From Rickettsiales bacterium (GTDB lineage: Bacteria > Pseudomonadota > Alphaproteobacteria > Rickettsiales > UBA1997), in the NCBI GenBank assembly GCA_016778745.1, contig JADHOZ010000002.1, positions 1 to 40,630 on the forward strand: DNA of 40,630 nucleotides, in the 5' to 3' direction. The translations under genes were made by a program, and so were the position numbers. Position 1 is the first letter of the stretch. Each line of letters starts with the position of its first letter. Of the stretch, positions 1-9,213 are shown in pieces. Below the pieces are notes generated by a model. It did no database searches. It was not told the DNA's origin and saw only the letters and a list, made by a program, of their open reading frames with translations.

Positions 1-1458
1 GCTGGATTTAAAAATTCTTGTACCTTTAGCGCTATACTGGTCTTTAACAAATTTAAGATCTTTTAAAATCCCCTTGTTGCTCAGAACCGAGAATGCTCTT
101 ACAAGTTCCAAAAGCATTATTTCTCCGTTTCCCAAGGCTAATCCTGTTCCATATATTTGTGCCGGTTTATCCAAGCTTTCAAAGCCTAGCATATGTAATA
201 ATGATAAAAAATTTTCAACCCCAAGATCATCAATGGTTTTAATTGCTGGTACGTTTAGAGAATTTGCTAAGGCTTGACGCAAAGTAACGGGCCCATAATA
301 ATGGTGACTATAATTACTAAATTGATGTACGCCACTGCCCACTGCTTGGTCAATTCTAGAATCATCAATGATCGTTGCGGCGTTATATCCAGATTCAAGT
401 GCCATTGAGTATAAAAATGGTTTAAGGGTTGATCCGGCCTGTCTTTTAGATATAATTGAGTCGTAGAACTTTGTATCAGAATTATCGCTATTAGCTACCA
501 CCCAGGCCAAAACCTCATTACTAATATTTTCAACTACAATAAGACCGATGTTATTAACTTTATGGGTTGCCAATTTTTTCAAATGTCTGTGTGCTATTAG
601 GTCAGCTTCTTTTTGCAATTCCAAATCAAGGGTTGTTTGAATGGTGACTTTGTTTTCAGCAGAGAAATTATCAATGATATATTTTACAAAGTGATAAATC
701 TCATAATTTTTTTTGGCCTTATCAATTCGCAATGGTTGCTTTAAGATAGAAGCTATGTCTTTCTTGCTTATCACTTTGTTTTTGTGTAATTTTTGTGCTA
801 GGGCTAAGAAACTTTTATCTTGTAAGGAATTAGTTTTGTGCAAATCAAAGCGATTTGGAGATCTGACTATTAAAGCTAGAGCCAACATGCTTTTTTTGTT
901 CAGCAAGGCCACGTCGGAATTAAAATAATATCTTGCGCCAGCAACTATGCCTCTATTTCTTTTTGAATAAGGCACTTGATTTATATAAAATTCCAATATT
1001 TGTGATTTAGTAAATTTTTGCTCTAACATTACGGCCTCCCACCCTTCAAGCCACTTAGACCAGATATTCCTTTGTCTTGGGTGAAGCATTTGTACAACCT
1101 GCTGGGTAATAGTACTAGCTCCACGTATTTTTTTACCAACTAAATTACCCCATAAAGCATTAAGTCTAGCGAGCCAATCTATCCCATTATGCTTGAAGAA
1201 TCTTTTATCTTCAGCTTGTACGAAGGCCTGTTGTAAAAAATAAGGCACATCTTCTAATTTTATTAAGTCATGTAGATTCCAATCATTCTCATAAGTAATA
1301 TTGAGTGCAACATTATTGCGATCCAAAACCTGAGGTTTCTCAATTTTTAAATAGTTCGAAAATTCCTCACTAGGATCAGAAATTAAAAATAGGGTAGATA
1401 AGATTAGGGTAATTACGGCAAGGAAGATTATAAATATACCAAAACACAATTTATTCAT
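1..1458 (-). CDS. pbpC: Penicillin-binding protein 1C (GT51 transglycosylase + transpeptidase); N-terminal ~486 codons only, the gene runs off the window at position 1
   Basis: Missing from the ORF track because there is no stop codon in the window. My minus-strand translation from the ATG at 1458-1456 gives MNKLCFGIFIIFLAVITLILS (TM anchor). It then shows GT51 motifs (QAEDKRFFKHNGID, GASTITQQ) and, further on, transpeptidase SxxK (GSTLKPF) and SxN (NSLNVPA) motifs. The ATG overlaps the stop of the upstream A2M gene by 8 nt (1451-1458). Confidence 0.85.
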   Translation of the reverse strand, partial: MNKLCFGIFIIFLAVITLILSTLFLISDPSEEFSNYLKIEKPQVLDRNNVALNITYENDWNLHDLIKLEDVPYFLQQAFVQAEDKRFFKHNGIDWLARLNALWGNLVGKKIRGASTITQQVVQMLHPRQRNIWSKWLEGWEAVMLEQKFTKSQILEFYINQVPYSKRNRGIVAGARYYFNSDVALLNKKSMLALALIVRSPNRFDLHKTNSLQDKSFLALAQKLHKNKVISKKDIASILKQPLRIDKAKKNYEIYHFVKYIIDNFSAENKVTIQTTLDLELQKEADLIAHRHLKKLATHKVNNIGLIVVENISNEVLAWVVANSDNSDTKFYDSIISKRQAGSTLKPFLYSMALESGYNAATIIDDSRIDQAVGSGVHQFSNYSHHYYGPVTLRQALANSLNVPAIKTIDDLGVENFLSLLHMLGFESLDKPAQIYGTGLALGNGEIMLLELVRAFSVLSNKGILKDLKFVKDQYSAKGTRIFKSS

Positions 1459-4400
1459 CCGCGATTAGCAACTTGAAATCAAGGCCTTTTCCATAAATAT
1501 CGGGATTGTACATTTCTTGAGCGTGAACTGGCGGGGCCGAAAAGCTTCCGCTAGCAATTGCCTGAGCTATATAAGATAAATGGTAATTTCCGGCCATTAA
1601 ATAATCTGAATAAAACTGCACATTATCATGATTTAGCTCCTTATGATAAAATCCCCATCTATTAAAACCAAAGCTGTGCCAGTTGCTTTTTTGATGATAC
1701 CAAGAATTTTTTGTAATTAGTTTTTTCACCATTTCGGCATCATTTATAGAAGAGGTTGCTAAATTTCTATCAACAGGCTCAAGGCCACTAATTACAGGAT
1801 CATTGACAGCAACAAATTGACGCGCACTAGGAAGCGATAAATAAATATCGACCTTAACTAGGTCGCCCCTCTTTATTTTGCTGTTGTCTTTTAACAGTGC
1901 CCAATCGCCTCCTTTTTTAATACTAAATTCACGCCTAATATCAATCCCAGCATTTATTCGATCGGTTATTTTATCTTGGGAAGTATAAGACACTCTGGTG
2001 GTATAAAATAATCTTCCGTCGCCTTTTTTTAGAATAGTAATATTGGCATTTTTTCTAATATCGCCTGGATTGATCTTTTTATCAAAAATAAGAGGTTTAT
2101 CTTTATAAGAGGTCAAATTACCTTTACCAATATCATCATTATTAAACTTGACTGATAGGTTCATATTTGGCTTTTCCTGCTCATAAAGCTTAGAGTACTC
2201 TATTAAAGCATTAGAGCAGAACATATTTTCTTGTGTATTTTTGAAGTGATCCTTATTGCCTTTGCTAGCACTAACCATGCGCACAATTTTGAATGGAATA
2301 TCATTAAGCAATTCTTTATATTTCTTGTGTTTTGCCGCACTAACCAAGCTATCCAAAATAGCGCAGTTTGTTCGGGCTTGTGAGGATAAAATCCTTGTAT
2401 AAGCGGAGTCTAGTTCTTCGCTAAATGTAATCGTTTCAGCTGACTGATTTGAATAAGAAAGAATGTTATTAATAATATCTTTAATCCACTTCTCGTTCGG
2501 AGATACTATCAGCGCTGCTTGCAGGAAGTTAGCTTTACCAAATAAATCCATTTCGTCGAAATGTTCTTTGTGGTTTAATATAGCCTCTAGGCTAATCTTA
2601 TTGGTGCGCGATAAAGCATTTAAGGCCACGGCACGAACGGTATGGTCCATCGATCTTGTGTAATAATCTGGATCAATTTGATGATATAAAATCTTATCTA
2701 ACAGATATTGATCTAATTTTTCTTCCACTGCTTTATCAACCTCATATCCAGCTTGTGTAAGCCAGCTAAAAGCAAGAGAAGTATAAGCACTCAAATATGG
2801 ACTAACAAAATTATTTTCATTTCTAAAATACGATAGGCCGCCATTTGGGGCTTGGAATCTATAGGCTTGATCCAGAGTGTGTTGGGGTAGATTTTTAGAG
2901 GTCTCCCAGTCCAAATTCTTGGAAATATAGCTTTGCAAATTTTGATAATGCGAAGCCATAACAGCTTTGGATAGCCTTTGTTCCCAGCATTGATAAGGAT
3001 ATTTATTCATATATTTAAAAGAGCCATCAATATGGCCAATGATTGTAGGTGCTAAAGTAATATTCACGTCTCCGATATCGTCATAGATGTTGTTCGGGAG
3101 TTTTATTAATTCCGTCACTTTATCTTTGGTGGTAGAGCTATAATTGGCCGCAACTTCTAGTGAACGATTGCGTAAGATTTTAATTTCATGCGACAGTGAA
3201 TCTAGGGCTTTAGGGGTGGTTGCCTTGGCGGAAAATATAATTTTACCACCCTTCTTAGTGTTGATAGGAATAAATACTTTTTGTCTTTTAAAAGGTTCAA
3301 CTGTAATTCTTTTAACCACCTTTGGCAAAGATTGCTTTGAATTATCTTCATTAATAATATCGGCGTCAATCTCTAGCGTGACTTCTTGTATCGTTTTTTC
3401 TCTATTTAATATTACAAAACCAGCATCGAAATTATCTCCTTCGCGAATCTGGTTGGGCATCACTGTATTTATCTCTAGGGGCAGGATTGACTTGATGTCT
3501 TTCTGCGATAGGCCCAGTAGATCACCTTCGTTGGTCGCTAATATTAATATTTTCCAGCTTGTTAAATTGCTTGGTAAAGTAAAGTCAAATTTTGCATTTC
3601 CCTCGGGGTCGGTTATGATTGAGGGGTTAAAATAGGCAACATAGGCAAAATCTTTGCGATGATTTGCGTCATTTTTCTCAAAGCCAGATGCGAAAGCCCT
3701 ATTTACTCCGCCTCCGCCAGGGTTGGCACCTTTCTTCTCAATCTTTTGTCGTCCAATTAGTTTTTGAATTAAATTAAAGTTTGCTATATCTAGGTGACCA
3801 AGGTTATTAAAGCCTTTATGCACGTCGTAATAGGTTGACCCACCCTGGATCATATCAAAAACGGCTTTATCGATCACTACGGCCGTTAGCTCCATTTTGC
3901 CAGGGTTTTTTGTTTTACTGCTTGCTTTTAGATCAACAAAAACAGTTTGCTTGGGTTTGTAAATTTCCTTATCAGGCTTTATGTCTACTAAAATCTTTTT
4001 ATAAGGATCGTTCACATTAATTTTGACATATCCCATTTTGAAAGAAGGTTTGCCTAAATCCAACCCTTCATCTGAGAAGTCTTTTTTGCTTCTTTTTGAC
4101 ATCACCGTCACGGAAAGATAGAATCCAGGAAGGAAATCGGGCTCAACATCAAATTCAATTATTGGCATATTGCCATTAAGTTCTTGTACCCATTGCTTGA
4201 TTATTCCATATCTTTCAATTGTTACCAGAGCCTGAGAGTCGGGATATGGATTTTGAATCATGAATTTTGCTTTTTGTCCAACCAAATAATCTTGTGATTG
4301 AGGAATGACGGTAAGGCTATTGTCATTTTTTTGGTTCCAGTTTACCCAGTCATTCCCACTAACCCAAAGGTCAAGCTTGGTTTGATGGTCGTTACCATCA

Positions 4401-7400
4401 TTATCTTTCACTTTAGCGGTCAGGCGATATTGTCCAGATTTTTCGGGCTTAAATTTACAAGACAAAGCTTTTTCTTTTTTTGAAACGCCTTTGCACGTAA
4501 CAATATCTGTCCAAACTTTTTCGTAGCGGTTAATGAAGCTATTTCCAGAAGATTTGGCTTTTACCATCTCATTCTTCCCATATTGTACCGCGACTTCAGC
4601 TTTTGATCCAGACACTAAATATCCATTTTCATCGACAACAATATATTTAATATCTACATCTTTATTAGAGTTATAAAGCCATTTTGGTGATTTTAGGCCA
4701 ATGAATCTATTTACAGCAAAATAATTAGCTTTACTAGTAGTAGAAATATTCTTTCCTCTATCATCAAACACGCTTGATTCAACCAATAATTTTCCGTAAT
4801 AAATATCATTTTTATCAACAACAAAGCTATTATGTAATTCTCCTTTGGCATCCACCTTGTCGTGCTGAGAAAATATCACATCTTTGCGAGAATAATTTTT
4901 ATAACTATCAAACTTAAATCCAGCTGCTAGAGGATGTTCAGAGGAAAAACCTACTTCCTCAACCGTGGCGATAGTCCTAGCTGGGCTATCAGAGTAAGGC
5001 CCTCCCGCATGTAGCTTTGCAAAGCTGTCTACTTTTACAGTATCGCCTTGATAAAACCTATCGCCATTGAGGTTGTTGCTGACCTGAAAAGGTGCTGGCG
5101 TGAAATCGGATACTAAGAATTTAACAGGATACCAGAAATAGTTGGTAAAGTCTGATTTGAGCGATAGTTTATACCATCCGCTAGCAGCAGAATTTGCGAT
5201 ATTAAAGCTACCATCAAAAGTAGAAAAGTCTGATAAGGTGATATCATTTCTTTCATAAATGGTTTTGCCTAGAGGGTCGCTAACTTTTAGAGAATATTTC
5301 CCCCTTTGCGCTAAACTTAGTTTTTTATTTTCATTATTTCTTACATATATTTTATAGGAAACTTTATCTCCCTGTTTATAGATAGCTTGGGAAGTAATTC
5401 CCCAAGCTTTAATGTGACCATTATCATTAAAATTTCTTACCCCCACTTGATAACCAGAGACTCTTGAGGCGCTTACTTCAAAATCATGAGTAGCAGGTAA
5501 AATCGCTATCTCCTTATCTTTTTCTACCTTGACAAATAGGCGCTGCTTCGATCTCGACCATCGACTATAAGATACAAGGCCCTTAGGGTCAAACTTAGAA
5601 TGACCTTTCAATATAGCTAATCCATTTTCATCTGTTTTAGCTGAATCAATTTTTTCTTCTAAATTCATTATGTCGGCACCTAGATATAAACTCACTTTCG
5701 CATCCTTAACGCTTTTTCCATTAGATAAATTCGCAACCCAAATGACGCTATTAAAATGCCCAATTTTTGCTAGAATATTATATGGAGTTATCTGGGTTGT
5801 AAAATCGCCACAAGCGTCACCTTCACAAACTATTGGGTAAGTAAGGATTTTTCCGGAAACTATCCCTGATTCCCCCTCTAAAACATCTCTTATTCCCAAA
5901 GATATATTTTTATATTGATTATGCGCCATTGAAGGAGAAATATCATGGTATTTTACATCACTCAATCCGTTGGTGGCAAGGGCTCTATATTGTAGTTTAA
6001 TGCTATCAAAATTAACGGCCTCAATAGTATTGTCGGTGTTCATGTCTTTTTCCAGCACTACATCGCGATATTTTAAGTGAAAACTAGGATAAAAATTGCC
6101 AGTTTCCACAACAAAACTATAGCTTTTGTTAAGTGGGCGAGAAAAGAGATCCTTCAGAGCGTTTTCAGTTTTTTTTCCTTGTTGGTCAAATTCTTCAAAA
6201 TTGAGACTGGTTTCGTGTGTAGATTTTATAGCCTCATGTTTTTTGTAAAAAATTTGATCTTCATAAATTTTCTCTTCCCTTATTACAAATCCAAACAGGC
6301 TTTTAATCCAATCCCATATTCTAATAAAAATATTAGGTTTTTCTTTTTCAACTTCTACTTTTTCGATTCGCTCAATGGTAGAATCTTGATGCGTGGTGTC
6401 ATTTATTTTATCCAGCCTAAGCATATCTTTTTGTAATTCACTGTGGGGTATGGGGAGCGTTCCGTCTTGTAAAATTTTTACGAAGTAATGCGCTTGGGCT
6501 TGGAGCTTGATCGGCAATCTAACCCTGTATACTTTGGATCTGTCGTGTAATCTATGGTGGCTATTGGGGTCATAATAAGAATTGTTTTCCAATAACTCCG
6601 CTCTCTCGCCAGAAGAGTTGGTGACAACGATATTTTTATAAAGATCTTTTGTCAGTACTGGCGCATTGAACTCGAGGTATATAGAGCGATCTGGAGAGCA
6701 TTTTACGTTCTTTTTTGAGGCATTCATCTTAGCGATTACCGCCTCTATAGAGCCATCTTCTTTTCTGCGGTCAGAAGGAGTATAGCAGCTAACGTTGATT
6801 AATCTTGCAGAATCGTATGTTGCAAATGAAATTATTTTTTCGTCTTGTATAGATTTCTGATCTCCGTTGGGAGATCTAATACCGGGCTCGATATGCAAGG
6901 ACACATCGCTATTAGCTTTAAATTCTTTTAATGGACTGACGGTAAAGAAGTTTTGTTGCGATTTCAGAATTTTCGCCTCATATCTCGTCCCGTTAGATAA
7001 GAAGTAAAGATGTTTTTCCACGGATTCCTGAGAGACTTTTTGATTGAAAGTAACGCGTATTGACGGTAAAGTGGGGGTGTGCCATTCTTTTAAATATACG
7101 TAATGAAGAAGTTTTGGTCTTTGAGTAATAAAGCTATAATTTTGCTCCTCAAGCAATGCCGCCCCATCCTCTGCTTTGAGTTCTTTTCCGACATTAATTT
7201 GGTATTTAGTTGCTTTCTTTAGCTTATTTTCGTCGCTGAGTTGGCAGGCTAGAGCTTTTTTAGATATCCATCTCCATTTACATTCAACGGGCGGAGTAAT
7301 GCTGATAGGTATTTCCTCGGCCTCTCTACTCATTTTACCTAAGGAAACCATGTCTTTATTAAAGGTAAAACTTATCTGTCCTAAGGACGAAACATCGTCT

Positions 7401-7504
7401 CCCGCAGGAGAAATATTAACTATTTTTAATTCTTGAGTAGAGGCGCTAGAGGTGTCAATAAATAGCGCAAGAAATATGAGGATAAAAAATAGCTCTTTAA
7501 GCAC
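1451..7504 (-). CDS. yfhM: Bacterial alpha-2-macroglobulin family protein, thioester type (YfhM/ECAM-like), 2017 aa
   Basis: One uninterrupted 6 kb ORF with a GTG start at 7504. It has an N-terminal signal peptide (MLKELFFILIFLALFIDTSSAS) with no Cys lipobox. The thioester motif YPYQCWEQ is present (CWEQ encoded at 2978-2989). pbpC lies directly downstream, which is the canonical A2M-PBP1C pairing. Confidence 0.85.
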   Translation of the reverse strand: MLKELFFILIFLALFIDTSSASTQELKIVNISPAGDDVSSLGQISFTFNKDMVSLGKMSREAEEIPISITPPVECKWRWISKKALACQLSDENKLKKATKYQINVGKELKAEDGAALLEEQNYSFITQRPKLLHYVYLKEWHTPTLPSIRVTFNQKVSQESVEKHLYFLSNGTRYEAKILKSQQNFFTVSPLKEFKANSDVSLHIEPGIRSPNGDQKSIQDEKIISFATYDSARLINVSCYTPSDRRKEDGSIEAVIAKMNASKKNVKCSPDRSIYLEFNAPVLTKDLYKNIVVTNSSGERAELLENNSYYDPNSHHRLHDRSKVYRVRLPIKLQAQAHYFVKILQDGTLPIPHSELQKDMLRLDKINDTTHQDSTIERIEKVEVEKEKPNIFIRIWDWIKSLFGFVIREEKIYEDQIFYKKHEAIKSTHETSLNFEEFDQQGKKTENALKDLFSRPLNKSYSFVVETGNFYPSFHLKYRDVVLEKDMNTDNTIEAVNFDSIKLQYRALATNGLSDVKYHDISPSMAHNQYKNISLGIRDVLEGESGIVSGKILTYPIVCEGDACGDFTTQITPYNILAKIGHFNSVIWVANLSNGKSVKDAKVSLYLGADIMNLEEKIDSAKTDENGLAILKGHSKFDPKGLVSYSRWSRSKQRLFVKVEKDKEIAILPATHDFEVSASRVSGYQVGVRNFNDNGHIKAWGITSQAIYKQGDKVSYKIYVRNNENKKLSLAQRGKYSLKVSDPLGKTIYERNDITLSDFSTFDGSFNIANSAASGWYKLSLKSDFTNYFWYPVKFLVSDFTPAPFQVSNNLNGDRFYQGDTVKVDSFAKLHAGGPYSDSPARTIATVEEVGFSSEHPLAAGFKFDSYKNYSRKDVIFSQHDKVDAKGELHNSFVVDKNDIYYGKLLVESSVFDDRGKNISTTSKANYFAVNRFIGLKSPKWLYNSNKDVDIKYIVVDENGYLVSGSKAEVAVQYGKNEMVKAKSSGNSFINRYEKVWTDIVTCKGVSKKEKALSCKFKPEKSGQYRLTAKVKDNDGNDHQTKLDLWVSGNDWVNWNQKNDNSLTVIPQSQDYLVGQKAKFMIQNPYPDSQALVTIERYGIIKQWVQELNGNMPIIEFDVEPDFLPGFYLSVTVMSKRSKKDFSDEGLDLGKPSFKMGYVKINVNDPYKKILVDIKPDKEIYKPKQTVFVDLKASSKTKNPGKMELTAVVIDKAVFDMIQGGSTYYDVHKGFNNLGHLDIANFNLIQKLIGRQKIEKKGANPGGGGVNRAFASGFEKNDANHRKDFAYVAYFNPSIITDPEGNAKFDFTLPSNLTSWKILILATNEGDLLGLSQKDIKSILPLEINTVMPNQIREGDNFDAGFVILNREKTIQEVTLEIDADIINEDNSKQSLPKVVKRITVEPFKRQKVFIPINTKKGGKIIFSAKATTPKALDSLSHEIKILRNRSLEVAANYSSTTKDKVTELIKLPNNIYDDIGDVNITLAPTIIGHIDGSFKYMNKYPYQCWEQRLSKAVMASHYQNLQSYISKNLDWETSKNLPQHTLDQAYRFQAPNGGLSYFRNENNFVSPYLSAYTSLAFSWLTQAGYEVDKAVEEKLDQYLLDKILYHQIDPDYYTRSMDHTVRAVALNALSRTNKISLEAILNHKEHFDEMDLFGKANFLQAALIVSPNEKWIKDIINNILSYSNQSAETITFSEELDSAYTRILSSQARTNCAILDSLVSAAKHKKYKELLNDIPFKIVRMVSASKGNKDHFKNTQENMFCSNALIEYSKLYEQEKPNMNLSVKFNNDDIGKGNLTSYKDKPLIFDKKINPGDIRKNANITILKKGDGRLFYTTRVSYTSQDKITDRINAGIDIRREFSIKKGGDWALLKDNSKIKRGDLVKVDIYLSLPSARQFVAVNDPVISGLEPVDRNLATSSINDAEMVKKLITKNSWYHQKSNWHSFGFNRWGFYHKELNHDNVQFYSDYLMAGNYHLSYIAQAIASGSFSAPPVHAQEMYNPDIYGKGLDFKLLIADE

Positions 7505-7580
7505 GGCGTAAAAAATGTTGATCTAGATCCTTGATAAATTTTTAGATATTGTAAAGATAAGTTGCAAGCCATTTATTCCC

Positions 7581-7618
7581 TCCCAAAAGAAGGTCCGCCA
7601 CCAATTGGCGACGGACCC
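7581..7618 (-). terminator. Rho-independent terminator readable only on the minus strand
   Basis: The minus-strand RNA is GGUCCGUCGCC-AAUU-GGUGGCGGACC, an 11-bp stem with 9 Watson-Crick pairs and 2 G-U wobbles, followed by UUCUUUUG. On the plus strand the same two positions are C-A and A-C mismatches, so the structure is strand specific. Confidence 0.6.
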
Positions 7619-7988
7619 AAAGCTTTATCTAAGAAGATACAGCCAAACAAAGTTATTGCTTGGATAAACTTCTCATCACGTTATCAATAGAATATAAATT
7701 ATATTCAAGACCTAGAGCTAAAATAGTTCTAGTGCTACCGATAACACAACTAAAGTCGCTAATGGAATAAAAACCATAAGTTATGATATTAGGTAGTTAA
7801 CAAAATAAGATGAGAGGCTTATCACCAAACTAGCCACTAATATGACGAGTTAAGCAACCACTTCATTCTAGGTAAAAACGACAAACTCCCAAAAAAGAAT
7901 TTATCAATTTATTTGCCAGTGTGAAACTAACAAATAAAACTCCATAAAACATCTTGGCATCAGATACCCACCGAAACTAAAGCTAATT

Positions 7989-9032
7989 TTACAAGGATTT
8001 TAACACCTTGTTTCTAACGTCTTTAAGTTCGGAATCTGTTAAGGGTATAAGGCCTTTTTGCATCAAATAACCATCATTTCCTATAGTATTTTTACTAACA
8101 ATCTCTTCGAGAAATTCATTAATCCCTTTTATTAGAGGTAAGTGTTCTTTTTTGTAATAAATAAATAGCGGTCTCGAAACGGGATACGATCCTTTGACAA
8201 TGCTCTCAAAAGTAGGCACTACTTTATTGATTGTAACCGGCTTAACAACATGTCTATTTTCTTCTAAAAATGAGAATCCAAAAATTCCTAAAGCGTTATG
8301 ATTGTTTTTAAGTTTCTGCACAATCAAATTATCATTTTCTCCAGCTTCAATGAAATGACCATCATTTCTTATTAAGTGACATTTTTTCTTTCTGATTTTT
8401 TCATCCGCGTAAGTTGTTTTAAAGGCTTGCAAATCTTTACATGCTTTTTCCATGACTAATTCTACAAAGGCATCGCGGGTTCCAGACGTTGGTGGTGGCC
8501 CATAAACAGCAATTTCAATAGCGGGTAATCTTTTATTAAGGTCGCTCCATTTTTTGTAGGGGTTCGCTATTAGCGAGTTATTATTTTTACTTGGAACCTG
8601 ATCTGCCAAGGCCAAAAAGACCTCTTTTTTTGTTAGAGAGTAATATTCTCCATCGACAGAGTTAGCTAAAACAATTCCATCATAGCCGACCTTAATTTCG
8701 CCAACATTTTTTATACCATTAATGGCGCATTTTTCTATCTCGCTTTGTTTAATTTTTCGTGATGCATTAGATAAATCAGGATAATCAAAGCCGACGCCAG
8801 AGCAAAACAACTTAAACCCACCCCCAGTTCCGGTGGATTCAACAATAGGAGTTTTAAACGCACTATTTCTGCCAAAAGTTTCTGCAATGACTGCGGTAAA
8901 GGGATAAACCGTAGAAGAGCCAACAATTTGAATATGAGCCCTATCATGTGCTGAAAAAAAGCTACCAAAGGCTAATTTAGGTAGAAGGGGATTTACTGTA
9001 AACAATGCTATTAAAAGCAAAATACGCAACAT
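7989..9032 (-). CDS. pstS: Phosphate ABC transporter substrate-binding protein (PstS family)
   Basis: 347 aa with a signal peptide and the GSSTVYPF motif near the N-terminus, typical of PstS/PBP-like-2 phosphate binders. No pstCAB genes follow it. Confidence 0.75.
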   Translation of the reverse strand: MLRILLLIALFTVNPLLPKLAFGSFFSAHDRAHIQIVGSSTVYPFTAVIAETFGRNSAFKTPIVESTGTGGGFKLFCSGVGFDYPDLSNASRKIKQSEIEKCAINGIKNVGEIKVGYDGIVLANSVDGEYYSLTKKEVFLALADQVPSKNNNSLIANPYKKWSDLNKRLPAIEIAVYGPPPTSGTRDAFVELVMEKACKDLQAFKTTYADEKIRKKKCHLIRNDGHFIEAGENDNLIVQKLKNNHNALGIFGFSFLEENRHVVKPVTINKVVPTFESIVKGSYPVSRPLFIYYKKEHLPLIKGINEFLEEIVSKNTIGNDGYLMQKGLIPLTDSELKDVRNKVLKSL

Positions 9033-9213
9033 AACCGTTTATTTTCTATAAGTTTCAACGCAGTCGACGGTTTCGTCGCTAAAATTTGCGCGCAATTATT
9101 AGTGCAAGAATATCAAAAAGTCAATTGAAATCAAAAAAACAATTCTATACGATGCCGCCTCATACCAATTCTTACCTTTATTTGGTATAACTTTGATCGA
9201 CAATCATAATTAA

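Noticed and set aside
74-928. Plus-strand ORFs 74-277 and 713-928
   Set aside because: They are antisense to the pbpC reading frame, which carries unmistakable GT51 and transpeptidase motifs. They are shadow ORFs.
2463-7436. Plus-strand ORFs inside the A2M gene (2463-2663, 3144-3635 at 163 aa, 3835-4020, 4298-4483, 6077-6436, 7176-7436)
   Set aside because: All lie antisense to a single 6-kb ORF with clear A2M motifs. Their translations are low-complexity and Leu/Ser/Phe-rich with no motifs. They are shadow ORFs.
7619-7988. Possibility that the pstS-A2M spacer encodes tmRNA or RNase P RNA
   Set aside because: I looked on both strands for tmRNA hallmarks (T-arm GGTTCGA-type sequence with a CCA end, and a tag ORF ending in AA). 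I also looked for the RNase P P4 motifs (GGAAAGTCC, ACAGAA). None was found. Two ORFs start with AN (ANGIKTISYDIR on the plus strand, ANKLINSF.. on the minus strand) but do not end like proteolysis tags. I kept the region only as an unexplained spacer.
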